Of a stretch of DNA of 39,316 bases, positions 21,843 through 33,150 are shown one piece after another; position 1 is the first letter of the stretch; each line of letters starts with the position of its first letter. The notes beneath the pieces are model-generated. The model worked only from the letters and a program-made list of their open reading frames with translations, had not been told where the DNA came from and did no database searches. This DNA comes from Octopus bimaculoides (taxonomy: Eukaryota). Position numbers and translations under genes: made by a program. The DNA is taken from positions 196,469,284 to 196,508,599 of the forward strand of contig NC_068981.1 of the NCBI RefSeq assembly GCF_001194135.2. The letters are read 5' to 3'.

Positions 21843-22273
21843 TGTCTTTGGAATATCCAGCCACTTGAACGTTAATTTTACAAGCAGGCTATTCCGTTGA
21901 CCGGATCAACTACAACACTCACCGTCGTAACCGACGGAGAGTCAGATAGGTAGGGACATGCTGCAATTTGGAAGAGGGTTTTGTTGCCCCACGTCTCGTA
22001 GACACAGAACTGCATTTCCCGGTGTGATGCTGGGAAAGATTTTCCCAGTATTCTTTCGTGAAATCCCTCTAAGCTCTTCTCTGGTGTATTTAGTCTCCAA
22101 GCAGTGGACAAAACAACGAGATGTGGGGCAACAAAACCTTCTTCCAGCTTGCAGCATGTCCCCCACCTATCTGGCTCTCCGTCTGTTACGACGGTGAGTA
22201 TTCTAGTTGATCCGATCAACGGAATAACCTGCTTGTAAAATTAACGTTCAAGTGGCTGGGTACTCCAAAGACA
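21843..22273. repeat. Inverted repeat; arms 21843-21999 and 22116-22273, 116-bp spacer
   Basis: tgtctttgg...ccagccacttgaacgttaattttacaagcagg...ccccacgtctcgt is the reverse complement of acgagatgtgggg...cctgcttgtaaaattaacgttcaagtggctggg...ccaaagaca. Confidence 0.92.
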
Positions 22274-22435
22274 CATGTACTCTTGATGTAGTCCTCAGAG
22301 AGATACAGCGTGATACAGAATATGATAAGGCTGGCCCCTTTGAATTACAGGTATAACTCATTTTTGCCAGTGGAGTGGACTGGAGCAGCGTGAAATGAAG
22401 TGTCTTGCTCAAGGATAAAACATGCCGCCGAGAAT
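22173..22435 (-). mobile_element. SINE-C copy (head truncated)
   Basis: ctccgtc.gttacgacg...gatccgatcaacggaa...gctggcccctttgaattacagg, shared with 24508 and 35511. Confidence 0.85.
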
Positions 22436-22937
22436 ACCGTAACCCCTAAGTCATGTGCCTCTCTCATGAAAATACTGAACACTCAGACATGCAGCGACCA
22501 GTCATATAATATGAGTGAACCAAGTCAATTAAGCGCCCAGCTAACAAGCGCACCCACATTCAAATCACCTCATATAATAATGAGCGTAGTGTTTGTTTTT
22601 ATATAGTTGTCCAGAATCACGCCGGACGCAGAGGAGGAGAGAAAATAGTAATTCAGTGAAGGAGAAGTAGTGAGAGTAATAGCCCTGACTGAGAAGGAGC
22701 GAGAGAAAGTAATAGCAATGAGAGAAAGGAAGGGGTGAAAAAAATCAGTATTTCAGCTCTTTATGAGTATATGTGTGTATGTGTGTGCGTGTACAAGGGA
22801 AGTAAGTGAATGTTTGTATGTGTGATTATTATATACCTTAATTTGTACCTTATATATATNNNNNNNNNNNNNNNNNNNNNNNNNNNNNNNNNNNNNNNNN
22901 NNNNNNNNNNNNNNNNNNNNNNNNNNNNNNNNNNNNN

Positions 22938-22970
<33 letters not shown>

Positions 22971-23456
22971 TGTTGTATTTGGGAATGGTCATGTTGCCAG
23001 TTTAGCCAATAAAAACACACGCACTGTATATTTGGTGTTAATTTGCTTCAGCTTTATATTACATTACATTACATTAATCCTATTTCGGCCAGAGTTCTTT
23101 CGTCACACTTCTGTGACCTCATCAGTGGTCCTTTGCTTTCTTTTTTCTTATATGTGTGTCCCACCTTGCTAACGATCAGCCATTTTGCATTTTGTATTCC
23201 TATTGTATGTGTCTACATTTGCGCATGCGCATCCCTCTATGTGTGTCTATGTTTGTCTATACAGATACAGATAATATAGGCACTCCCCATACACACACAC
23301 GCACTTACAAAACATAGACACACATAGACACACAAATTTTATTGAGACACCAATTCTAGTATTTCCAAAATAAGTTGGTTAGTACTGCTCTCCTTAAAAG
23401 GTTTCTTAATCAAAATGGGTTCTATCTAATTTAGCTGTTGTTATAGCAGTAAAATA

Positions 23457-23680
23457 GTGGAGGCGCTTGGCCTGGTGTGCTGCACTCAAGTTCCTGGTTT
23501 CGATCCCTGTACCGGGCTGTGCGTTATTCTCTTGGGCAAAATGCTTCATTTTTTTGTTTCTCCTCTCCATTCAGCTACAAATTATTAACCCTGCAGCGAA
23601 CTGGTGAACCGTTTAGGCGAGGACGTTGGGAAACCGGGTAACTGGTCCTATGATTCCGAGGACTCGAAACAAGAATGGCC
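23457..23680 (+). mobile_element. Degenerate tRNA-derived SINE
   Basis: tggaggcgcttggcc...ggtttcgatccc (B-box)...cttgggcaaaatgcttcat...aaccctgcagcgaactgg. Confidence 0.6.
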
Positions 23681-24507
23681 AGGAGAATTACTATGACAGA
23701 AAGAGAGCAATGTTAAGATGAATTCTTGCACTCCGCATCACTGGACGACAGGATTTTGTAACTATGTGACTCCACGCCGTTATACCTACACAGGTCCCTG
23801 CTTGTCCATCGTCGCGGGACAATTAAGCATAGAAGCAAGTCCAACACTTCAGTTTTAAAGTAACAAACATTTGTACGACATGAGTACCATTCTCTAAAAT
23901 ATTTCAAACCATTTCAAGAAGCAAGGAAGCAAGATGGCCAGAAACTACAAACACAGCAGGTTTCTTATCAAAATATTTACATACACACATATTTATATAC
24001 ACACATATACATTTGTGTATATACATCTACATTATTGGTTAACTGTAGACTGTTTCTGAACTCATTTGTCATTTGGCTGTCTTTGCTCCTCATTAAACAA
24101 GTTGTCTTAGAATTGCGTTTTCCTCCAGGGTGACTTGATCGGTTTGTGGGTTTAGTCACTGAGGGCCCGATCATGCGCGGGTTGGGCCTAGACACATTAC
24201 TGGAAGCATTTGGTTTTTCATTTTGCTCAATGATCCACAATAAAAAAGAACTTATAAATATGCATATATCCATGCATACGTAATACATATATACATGCAT
24301 ACAACATAAAAAACATACATATATGCATACATACATTCATGCATGAATATATACATACACAGACATACATGCATGCATATATACATACACAAATGCATAT
24401 ATACATACACAAATGCATATATACATACATATATGCATGCGTGCATGCATGCATACATCTATCAAAACATGCATTCATACATACATACATACATACATAC
24501 ATACATA

Positions 24508-24831
24508 GGAGCACTCCGTCAGTTACGAAGACGAAGGTCCCAGTTGATCCGATCAACGGAACAGCCTACTCGTGAAATTAACGTGCAAGTGGCTGTGCAC
24601 TCCACAGACATGCGTACCGTTAACGTAGTTCTCGGGGAGATTCAACGTCGCACAGAGTGTGACAAGGCTGCCCCTTTGAATTACTGGTACTACTCATTTT
24701 TTGCCAGCTGAGTGGACTGGAGCAACGTGAAAGAAAGTGTCTTACTCAAGGACAAAACGCGTCGCCGCGAATTGAACTCACGACCTTACGATCGCGAGCC
24801 GACTGCCCTAACCACTAAACCAAGCGCCCTC
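24508..24831 (-). mobile_element. Full-length SINE-C with (ATGT)n tail
   Basis: Minus-strand head GAGGGCGCTTGGTTTAGTGGTTAGGGCAGTCGG...GTGAGTTCAATTC (A and B boxes), central GTCCTTGAGTAAGACACTT, and 3' body ending in (ATGT)n. Confidence 0.9.
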
Positions 24832-26431
24832 ACACATACATACATGCATTGTGATAGATAATAAAGGGTATGTACCGTCATAGAGGTCAGCTGTTCTGCT
24901 GATATGAATATCTCTTTTTTTAAATAAAATGGGAAGAGGATAACTATGGACAGCTGCTTCAAAGCCTCCATCTTCTATACCCAGATTATAAATTCACATT
25001 TATACCATTATAATTGATGCACTTGGTTTTGCGAGAAAATGCGCGAGTGTCGATCAGGAGAAGCAAGGGTTTTAGAAAAAGAAGGACAACCAATTTACTC
25101 GCACATATTAGAAATGCAATCCGTAAGTGGAACAGTAAATATATGGAAGACTTTTCTCAAGTTTAAAATGTGATGTTGTTTTTGTTATCTGCATTCCAGT
25201 AGTTGTATTTGTATTTTTGTTAGAAACAGTTCCGTCCTCGGAGGAAGAATTTAAATAATTAATAACAGAAGAGAAGCGAAAGCATAATGATATTTATGTT
25301 CCAAGAGTTGGATTATTGGTTTGCCGAAAAAAGCGGTTAGAAAATCGACAAATGTTTGTTTAAATGGAAGTTTGGAAATTTTGGAAGTTGGAAGTTGGAA
25401 GTTGGAAGTTTGGGTGTGTGATCGGATGTTGGAATGAAAACCGGAAATGAATGAATGGTGGAACGGATGACTTGTTAAAAAGAAAGGCGTTTAGTGATGG
25501 GTGGAAATGCTGAAGTTTTGCTTGGTGATGTCTAGTGATAGCAGAGTAACGGGTGGCATGACAGAAATTTGACAAACCTGACTCAGATGGGAAACCCCCG
25601 CTCGACCCTAGCTCACCATACAGATTTCATAAAAACACGCCAACACACACACATACATGTGTGTTTGTGTGTATGTATATATGTATNNNNNNNNNNNNNN
25701 NNNNNNNNNNNNNNNNNNNNNNNNNNNNNNNNNTATATATATATATATATATATGCATGTATATATATATATGTATCTAATGTACATACATGTAATGTAT
25801 ATATATCTATATATATATATATGTATGTATATACATATATATACGCACATATATACATATATATACATATATATACACATACACACACACATACATATAG
25901 AACTTTTTGAAATTATATAAGGTTGTGTTCATTCACGAATTTTAAATGAATTAATGCTAATTGTTTGATTCCACCGCTTCTTTATATACAACCACACACA
26001 CACACACACATATTATATATGCACACAAACACACACGTGCACACACATATTATATATGCACACAAACACACACATACACACACACATATACATTCATATA
26101 CACCTAAGCGTTTTTATTTTAATGATAATCGGGTTTATTGCTTTTGTTATTATTATTACTATTATTATCATCATCACCATCAACATCACCATCATCATCA
26201 TCATCATCATTATTATTATTATAATTGTTGTTGTTGTTTTTTGTTTCATGTAACAGTCACTTGATGTTGTTGTTATTAATAATGTAGAATAGCATTAATG
26301 AGAATTCCAGTTGTCGTGTCTTTGTATTTTCTCAAGGAACACAAACATCCACTGACTCCAAGAAGCAAACGGCCGATTACATGCCTACAATTACACACAC
26401 AGACACACACACACACAAACACATACACACT

Positions 26432-26477
<46 letters not shown>

Positions 26478-27405
26478 GACACGCACATAGATAGAGTGAG
26501 AAACTCGCGCGCGCATATCTGTATGAAAGCATAGAAAAGCACCTTGGACAGATTTGAATATATAACGAACAGAAACATAAGTACAGCGCGAGTCTTTGAT
26601 ACTCATCGGAGTTTCGCATGCCCCACCGCATGCGTTTATACATACATACATGCATGCATACATACATACAAACATACATACATGCATACATACATACAAA
26701 CATACATACACATACATGCATGCATACATACATACATACATACATACACATACATGTATACATATACACGTATACACATACATTCATGCACACATACATA
26801 CATGCATACGAACTACGTACATACATACACATACATACGTGTATACATGCACATGTGTATGTAGGNNNNNNNNNNNNNNNNNNNNNNNNNNNNNNNNNNN
26901 NNNNNNNNNNNNNNNNNNNNNNNNNNNNNNNNNNNNNNNNNNNNNNNNNNNNNNNNNNNNNNNNNNNNNNNNNNNNNNNNNNNNNNNNNNNNNNNNNNNN
27001 NNNNNNNNNNNNNNNNNNNNNNNNNNNNNNNNNNNNNNNNNNNNNNTATACATACATACATGCATGCATACATACATACAAACATACATACATGCATACA
27101 TACATACAAACATACATACACATACATGCATGCATACATACATACATACATACATACACATACATGTATACATATACACGTATACACATACATTCATGCA
27201 CACATACATACATGCATACGAACTACGTACATACATACACATACATACGTGTATACATGCACATGTGTATGTAGGTAGGGACGGTGGGTCGGGTGGAGGT
27301 AAGGATGGAGGTAGGCGCATGTCTATGTGCGTGTGGCTGAAGGTATCGGAGCATGCGTATTGAGTGCGATTGGTGGTTAGCATATAGGCAGACAGACAGA
27401 ATGAT

Positions 27406-27476
<71 letters not shown>

Positions 27477-27791
27477 AGGGTTAGAGCTTTGAATGAAGAG
27501 AACTCTGTTGATGGAATCCAACAAACGGATGTAAATGGAATGTTCGTTAAGTAATGCATGGTGTCACGTGATGTCTTCCCTAATCTCGCTGTCAATCTCG
27601 CATGCACACGCCACATGCTTCTCTCGCCCTACTGCATTCTTACACACACACATACCTGCATACATAAATATATACATACGCGCGCATACTCATATATATA
27701 TAGACATATATACGCATTATATTTTCATGCTATATATATATATATGTATATATATGTATGTATATGTATGTATGTATATATATATATATAC

Positions 27792-27833
<42 letters not shown>

Positions 27834-28899
27834 NNNNNNNNNNNNNNNNNNNNNNNNNNNNNNNNNNNNNNNNNNNNNNNNNNNNNNNNNNNNNNNNNNN
27901 NNNNNNNNNNNNNNNNNNNNNNNNNNNNNNNNNNNNNNNNNNNNNNNNNNNNNNNNNNNNNNNNNNNNNNNNNNNNNNNNNNNNNNNNNNNNNNNNNNNN
28001 NNNNNNNNNNNNNNNNNNNNNNNNNNNNNNNNNNNNNNNNNNNNNNNNNNNNNNNNNNNNNNNNNNNNNNNNNNNNNNNNNNNNNNNNNNNNNNNNNNNN
28101 NNNNNNNNNNNNNNNNNNNNNNNNNNNNNNNNNNNNNNNNNNNNNNNNNNNNNNNNNNNNNNNNNNNNNNNNNNNNNNNNNNNNNNNNNNNNNNNNNNNN
28201 NNNNNNNNNNNNNNNNNNNNNNNNNNNNNNNNNNNNNNNNNNNNNNNNNNNNNNNNNNNNNNNNNNNNNNNNNNNNNNNNNNNNNNNNNNNNNNNNNNNN
28301 NNNNNNNNNNNNNNNNNNNNNNNNNNNNNNNNNNNNNNNNNNNNNNNNNNNNNNNNNNNNNNNNNNNNNNNNNNNNNNNNNNNNNNNNNNNNNNNNNNNN
28401 NNNNNNNNNNNNNNNNNNNNNNNNNNNNNNNNNNNNNNNNNNNNNNNNNNNNNNNNNNNNNNNNNNNNNNNNNNNNNNNNNNNNNNNNNNNNNNNNNNNN
28501 NNNNNNNNNNNNNNNNNNNNNNNNNNNNNNNNNNNNNNNNNNNNNNNNNNNNNNNNNNNNNNNNNNNNNNNNNNNNNNNNNNNNNNNNNNNNNNNNNNNN
28601 NNNNNNNNNNNNNNNNNNNNNNNNNNNNNNNNNNNNNNNNNNNNNNNNNNNNNNNNNNNNNNNNNNNNNNNNNNNNNNNNNNNNNNNNNNNNNNNNNNNN
28701 NNNNNNNNNNNNNNNNNNNNNNNNNNNNNNNNNAGTTCATTAAATGCATTTGAGGTTCAAAAGTTCCATTTTAGGATCGTTGAAGTCTGTGTCTTCTCCT
28801 TTTCAATGAGGAACTGAAATGGTTTTTAGAAACCGGGATTGAAAGAGCAGGTTTGTGTGGCACGGGTGTTCTTGTAGATGGCGTATCATTGAAATATTC

Positions 28900-28910
28900 A
28901 GTGTCTGCGT

Positions 28911-28958
<48 letters not shown>

Positions 28959-29393
28959 GTGTGTGTGTGCGTGTGTGTGTGTGTGTGCGTGTGCGTGAGC
29001 ATCTATGTGTATATGTGACTGTAAGAATGTGTGTGTGTGTGTATGCATGTATGTGTGTGTGTCTCTGTGTCTATGTATCTCTGTGTCCATTTTGGGTTGT
29101 ACATGTGTTTGTGTGTGTATGTCTGTCAGTGTGTGTATGTGTGTATACGTGTGTGAATGTATGTGTGCGCGTGTGTGTGTGTGTATGTCTGTGTTTATAT
29201 ATGAGTGTAAGAATGTGTGTGTATGTATGTATGTGTGTGTGTCTATGTGTGTGTGTCTATTTCGGGTTGTAAACGTATTTGTGTGTGTATGTCTGTTAGT
29301 GTGTGTATGTCTGTCAGTGTGTATGTCTGTCAGTGTGTGCATGTGTGCATACGTGTCTGAATGTATGTGTGCGTGTCTGCATGCGCGTGTGTA

Positions 29394-29425
<32 letters not shown>
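28900..29425. repeat. Compound TG-rich satellite with a diverged duplication of about 190 bp
   Basis: Blocks gtaagaatgtgtgtgt...gggttgta...gtctgtcagtgtg...gaatgtatgtgtgcg occur at about 29020-29170 and 29207-29375. Confidence 0.8.
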
Positions 29426-29433
<8 letters not shown>

Positions 29434-29499
29434 TTGTATTTTCTCTATTAAATCCTGAATGGTTGCATTATCAGAAACAGCCATCGTCTATGTGATGTT

Positions 29500-29962
29500 G
29501 TGGCTCACAGCGACCCTTTGCACCACAATACAAGATTTACAAACTTTACGAGTGGGTGGAGGGTAAGATTTATCTTGATCGCCATGTTTCATACCAAAAT
29601 ACAATCGATCTAATTATTCTACAAATGGTGATGTTTTCTCTTGGCTTTAAAGGTTTATATTTTCTACAAAGACAACAAAATATATCCGTATTATTTTCAC
29701 AAGATCTGTTTGTCATATTCTAGTCTGCAAAAATATATTTTGAAGAATAATCACATACGTTGAGAAAAAAAAAACATATATATGGATGAAAGACGAAGTT
29801 ACTTCATATGTGTGTGTAATGTATTCTATGAAATAATATGATCTCATTGAATATTGTTTCTGATAGTGACGGTCAAAAAAAATCAATAACAATAAAGAAA
29901 ATCAATCAGAGTCCCAGATTACATAAAAAATAATTAAACATCTTTATTACTTTTGCCCAGTG
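29500..29962 (-). mobile_element. 5' end of a decayed Chapaev3-like (CMC superfamily) DNA transposon
   Basis: The minus strand starts CACTGGGCAAAAG at 29962, preceded by TAA (TWA-type TSD). The ATG at 29716 reads MTNRSCENNTDIFCCLCRKY...(frameshift) YFGMKHGDQDKSYPPPTRKVCKSC, matching the C..C...YFG.KLGDQDK.WAPH..C..C N-terminal motif I recall for Chapaev3 transposases. Confidence 0.75.
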
Positions 29963-30570
29963 TTATATGCAATGATTCCAGTCAAAAGTTTAGACATCAA
30001 AGCAGGTTATGATGCTGGGTGAAAATTGTCGCCAACATCTCTCTTTGACGGATATTTTAGTACCAAAATAGTTCTTGCAAGTGTAAATCCATGCGGCTAA
30101 ACCTATCCTCACTGCTTATTATTCACTTCCATGGATATTCTCTTGGCTTATATTTCCATCTCATTATATATCCGTTTCTGATCCATATTCTATATCCGGA
30201 TTTGTCTATCTTTTGATCTCAGATGTTTTGCTCAGACTCCTCTCTTTCAACTCTTCTGCTACACTTGGTATTTCTTCTTTCTTTTTTATATTTTCTTTCG
30301 AAATTAACACTTCCCTTGAAATCTTACTCGAACTTCTTTTTTTGTCTTTCCATTGGTCTTACATCAGATCTTAATATGTTTACATCCCACCCACCCCCAC
30401 CTGTAGTCTCCTTTTCCACCATTGTTCTCACTGACGACTCAATTTTAACTTGTAAAGTCTTTTAAACCTAATTCCTTCACCACAAATGTATCAGATGTTT
30501 TTAACAAATTGTTTGTTTCAATTTATATATCCGCCTGCAAAACTTCTAATTCTTTTCCTAATTCTTCTCA
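29963..30570 (-). mobile_element. Highly decayed R4/Dong-type ORF fragment (pre-RT region to start of RT)
   Basis: Minus-strand segments ETNNLL..., WWKRRLQ, VAEELKER...EIKR, DQKRIYNE, and ITC / MSKLLTGIIA (RT domain 1-like). Many stops and frameshifts. Confidence 0.6.
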
Positions 30571-30572
30571 CA

Positions 30573-30970
30573 AAGGGAATTGGTTAGAACAAAAACCATC
30601 ATACGTTGTCCAGAATAAAGTTATCATCCTCTGGAAATTCACTGTTCTGACTGATCGGAAGATTCCATCTCGTCGAAAAGATATCATAGTGGAAAACCAT
30701 GCTGGAAAGATATGTCTTTCGATGAATTTTACAGCCATAGCTTACAAAAACACATCCCTGAAAATGTCTGAGAAATTACGAAAATATAAGGACTTAGGGA
30801 CAGGAATCAGAAGCAACAAAATGACATGCTGTTCTTGGGGCACTGGAAATGGTATCGAAAGGAGCAAACAAACGCGCAGACCAGATTCCTGGCAGCCACA
30901 AGAGAATTGCAAAAAGAAAACCATAGTTATGTGTAACTCAAATATTTTGCGTATCATCCTTTCCTTATTC
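30573..30970 (+). mobile_element. Decayed R4/Dong-type RLE domain fragment
   Basis: ORF 30509-31000 contains NWLEQKPSYVVQNKVIILWKFTVLTDRKIPSRRKDIIV...KICLSM...KMSEKLRKYKDL, a degenerate WYEH.P...ILWDF.I.TDR.I...RPDI...EK..KYKDL. Confidence 0.75.
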
Positions 30971-31097
30971 ACTCACCAAAGATATATTAACCGTCTTTAA
31001 CAAATTCTTCATCTTATTTATTATTCTACTTGAGTTCGCATAAAACAATTTTATTCAAGATTTTCATCAGTTTAGTCATAAATATTTTTCTAACCAG

Positions 31098-31258
31098 GCG
31101 CAGGCGTGGCTGTGTGGTAAGAAGCTTGCTTCCCAACCACATGGTTCCAGGTTCAGTTCCACAGCAGGGCACCTCAAGTAAGTATCTTCTACTATAGCCT
31201 TGGGCCGATCAAAGCTTTGTGAGTGAATTTGGTAGACAGAAACTGAAAGAAGCCCTTC

Positions 31259-31262
<4 letters not shown>
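31098..31262 (+). mobile_element. SINE-B 5' half ending in (TA)n
   Basis: ggcgcaggcgtggctgtgtggtaagaagcttgcttccc...gaaagaagccc. Confidence 0.9.
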
Positions 31263-31328
<66 letters not shown>

Positions 31329-31343
31329 GTATGTATGTATAGG

Positions 31344-31386
<43 letters not shown>

Positions 31387-31639
31387 GTATGCATGTATGT
31401 ATATATATATATATGCACTTGAGGATAGCCCTGCATTTAAATTGATGTAATGATTGCATTGTTCAATTAGATGGAGTCGCTTGAAACGGTCGTACTGCAT
31501 ACATCACCTCTGGATATCCAAGTTTCGATTCAATAAGCCAGCCATTTTTCCTGATTGTTCTGGCCTCGTCGCAAAATTCTTTGCTCCCTACCATGGAAAA
31601 AACCTCTCTCTTACCCTTCTCCTTATATTACTCCTATAT

Positions 31640-31865
31640 TCCTAGAATTTTGCTTTCAAACTTTGGCACCAGGCCAGCAATTTGGGGGAAGGGGGCAAGT
31701 CGATTATATCGACCCCAGTGATCAACTGGTATTTATTTTATGGAGCCCGGATGGAGTAAAGGTAAAATTGACCTCGGCAGAATTTGTATTTAGAACGTAA
31801 AGACGGACGAAATACTGCTAAGCAATTTGTCCGGCAAGAGAATGCTTCTGCCCGCTCGATGCCTT
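31640..31865 (-). mobile_element. SINE-A copy, diverged
   Basis: ggcaccaggccagcaatttgggggaaggggg...gacggacgaaatactgctaagc. Confidence 0.8.
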
Positions 31866-32032
31866 GGTAATATTCCGTAATGTTACTAACAGATCCTGCC
31901 TTTGTCTCAATGAAATGCAACAAGGTGCAGAATAGCGACCGGGACCGGTTTTGTTGCAAAATGAGTCACGTGACGAGCGAGACATTTTCATCTTTGATCC
32001 CAGCCTCGTCATTGTCGTTATAATTTGACAAT

Positions 32033-32232
32033 TGTTAGCGCGTTCGATGAAATGCTTAGCGATATTTCGCCGCCCGTCGCTACGTTCTGAGTTCAAATTC
32101 CGCCGAGGTCGACTTTGCCTTTCATCTTTTCGGGGGTTGATAAAACAAGTACCAGTTGGCGGAAATAGAACTCGGATGAAATGCTGCTAAGCGTTTTGCC
32201 CGGCGTGCTAACGATTCTGCCAGCTCGCCGCC

Positions 32233-32233
<1 letters not shown>
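32033..32233. mobile_element. Two SINE-A fragments fused in opposite orientation (+ 32033-32158; - 32165-32233)
   Basis: The plus copy runs to AGTACCAGTT, followed directly by the reverse-complement head ...gctaacgattctgccagctcgccgcc. Confidence 0.85.

Positions 32234-32317
<84 letters not shown>
32234..32317. repeat. (TAA)n microsatellite at the 5' junction of an R4/Dong-like fragment
   Basis: Perfect array of about 28 units. Confidence 0.97.
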
Positions 32318-32990
32318 GTTACTGAAACAATAGAAGAATTGAAGAACAGAATAAATTGTTGGAAAGAGGAAGAATTGGATGGCGAATTCATGCAACAAAC
32401 CAAGAATGTTGGAAGTAAAGAACGTTGGTTATAATGGCCGGATGGAAACTTGAAACGTGAGGCCGAAGTATTGGTTATAGATGCTCAGGGACAAACCATT
32501 AGGATAAATCTGATAAAGGCGAAGATCAACAAAACTTAGTCATACAGCAAATGTAGTATCTGCAGTAGAGGAGACGACATCTTTTAAGTGATTGCAGTAA
32601 GCTAGCACAAAGGGAGTATAAGTACAGACATGATTGCGTAGGATGTTGGCTGCAGCTTGAAAATTAGGGGGAAGTGGTATGAACACAAACCAGAGGTTGT
32701 AACAGAGAATAAGAACTACAGGATCTTGTAGGACTTCCCCATAAAGACTAACCATACTATTGAAGTAAGAAGACTAGATATGATTATAGAGGTCAAAACA
32801 AACAAAACAAGCAATATAAGATCATAGACTTTGAAATAACGTACGATAATAACATACAGTGATAGAGTGGATACCAAAGAAATTGGGAAATATCAGGACC
32901 TAGCTAGAGAGATGAAGAGAGTGTGGAAGTCAAAGACAACAATTATTTTTGTGGTAATTGATGCATTTTGGCAGAACAGCCAGACTGATA
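32318..32990 (+). mobile_element. 5'-truncated decayed R4/Dong-type element (CCHC plus RLE)
   Basis: Segments WKEEELDGEFMQQTKNVGSKERWL, GNLKREAEVLVIDAQGQTIRINLIKAKI, KCSIC, DCSKLAQREYKYRHDCVG, KWYEHKPEVVTENKNYRIL*DFPIKTNHTIEVRRLDMII and KYQDLAREMKRVWK. Stops and frameshifts present. Confidence 0.85.
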
Positions 32991-33019
32991 CCTAATAGAC
33001 TGGAGGGAAGAAAGAATCG

Positions 33020-33150
33020 AACCCAAGACTGGTCTGGTCTTTATTTTATTGAACTCGAAAAAAATGAAATAAAAACTTGATCTTAGCGAAATTTGAACTC
33101 AGAACAATAGAGCCAGAACGAATACTACAAGAATCTTTATATCCAACACT
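33020..33150 (-). mobile_element. Degenerate SINE-A-like copy
   Basis: ttttattgaactcgaaaaaaatgaaataaaaacttgatcttagcgaaatttgaactcagaac. Confidence 0.55.

Noticed and set aside
23713-23907. 64-aa minus-strand ORF in unique DNA
   Set aside because: No recognisable motif or convincing splice boundaries; the length is compatible with chance.
26637-27275. Exact 229-bp direct duplication (26637-26865 and 27047-27275)
   Set aside because: The copies are identical and sit on either side of an N gap, which is typical of unmerged contig overlap, so it is probably an assembly artefact.
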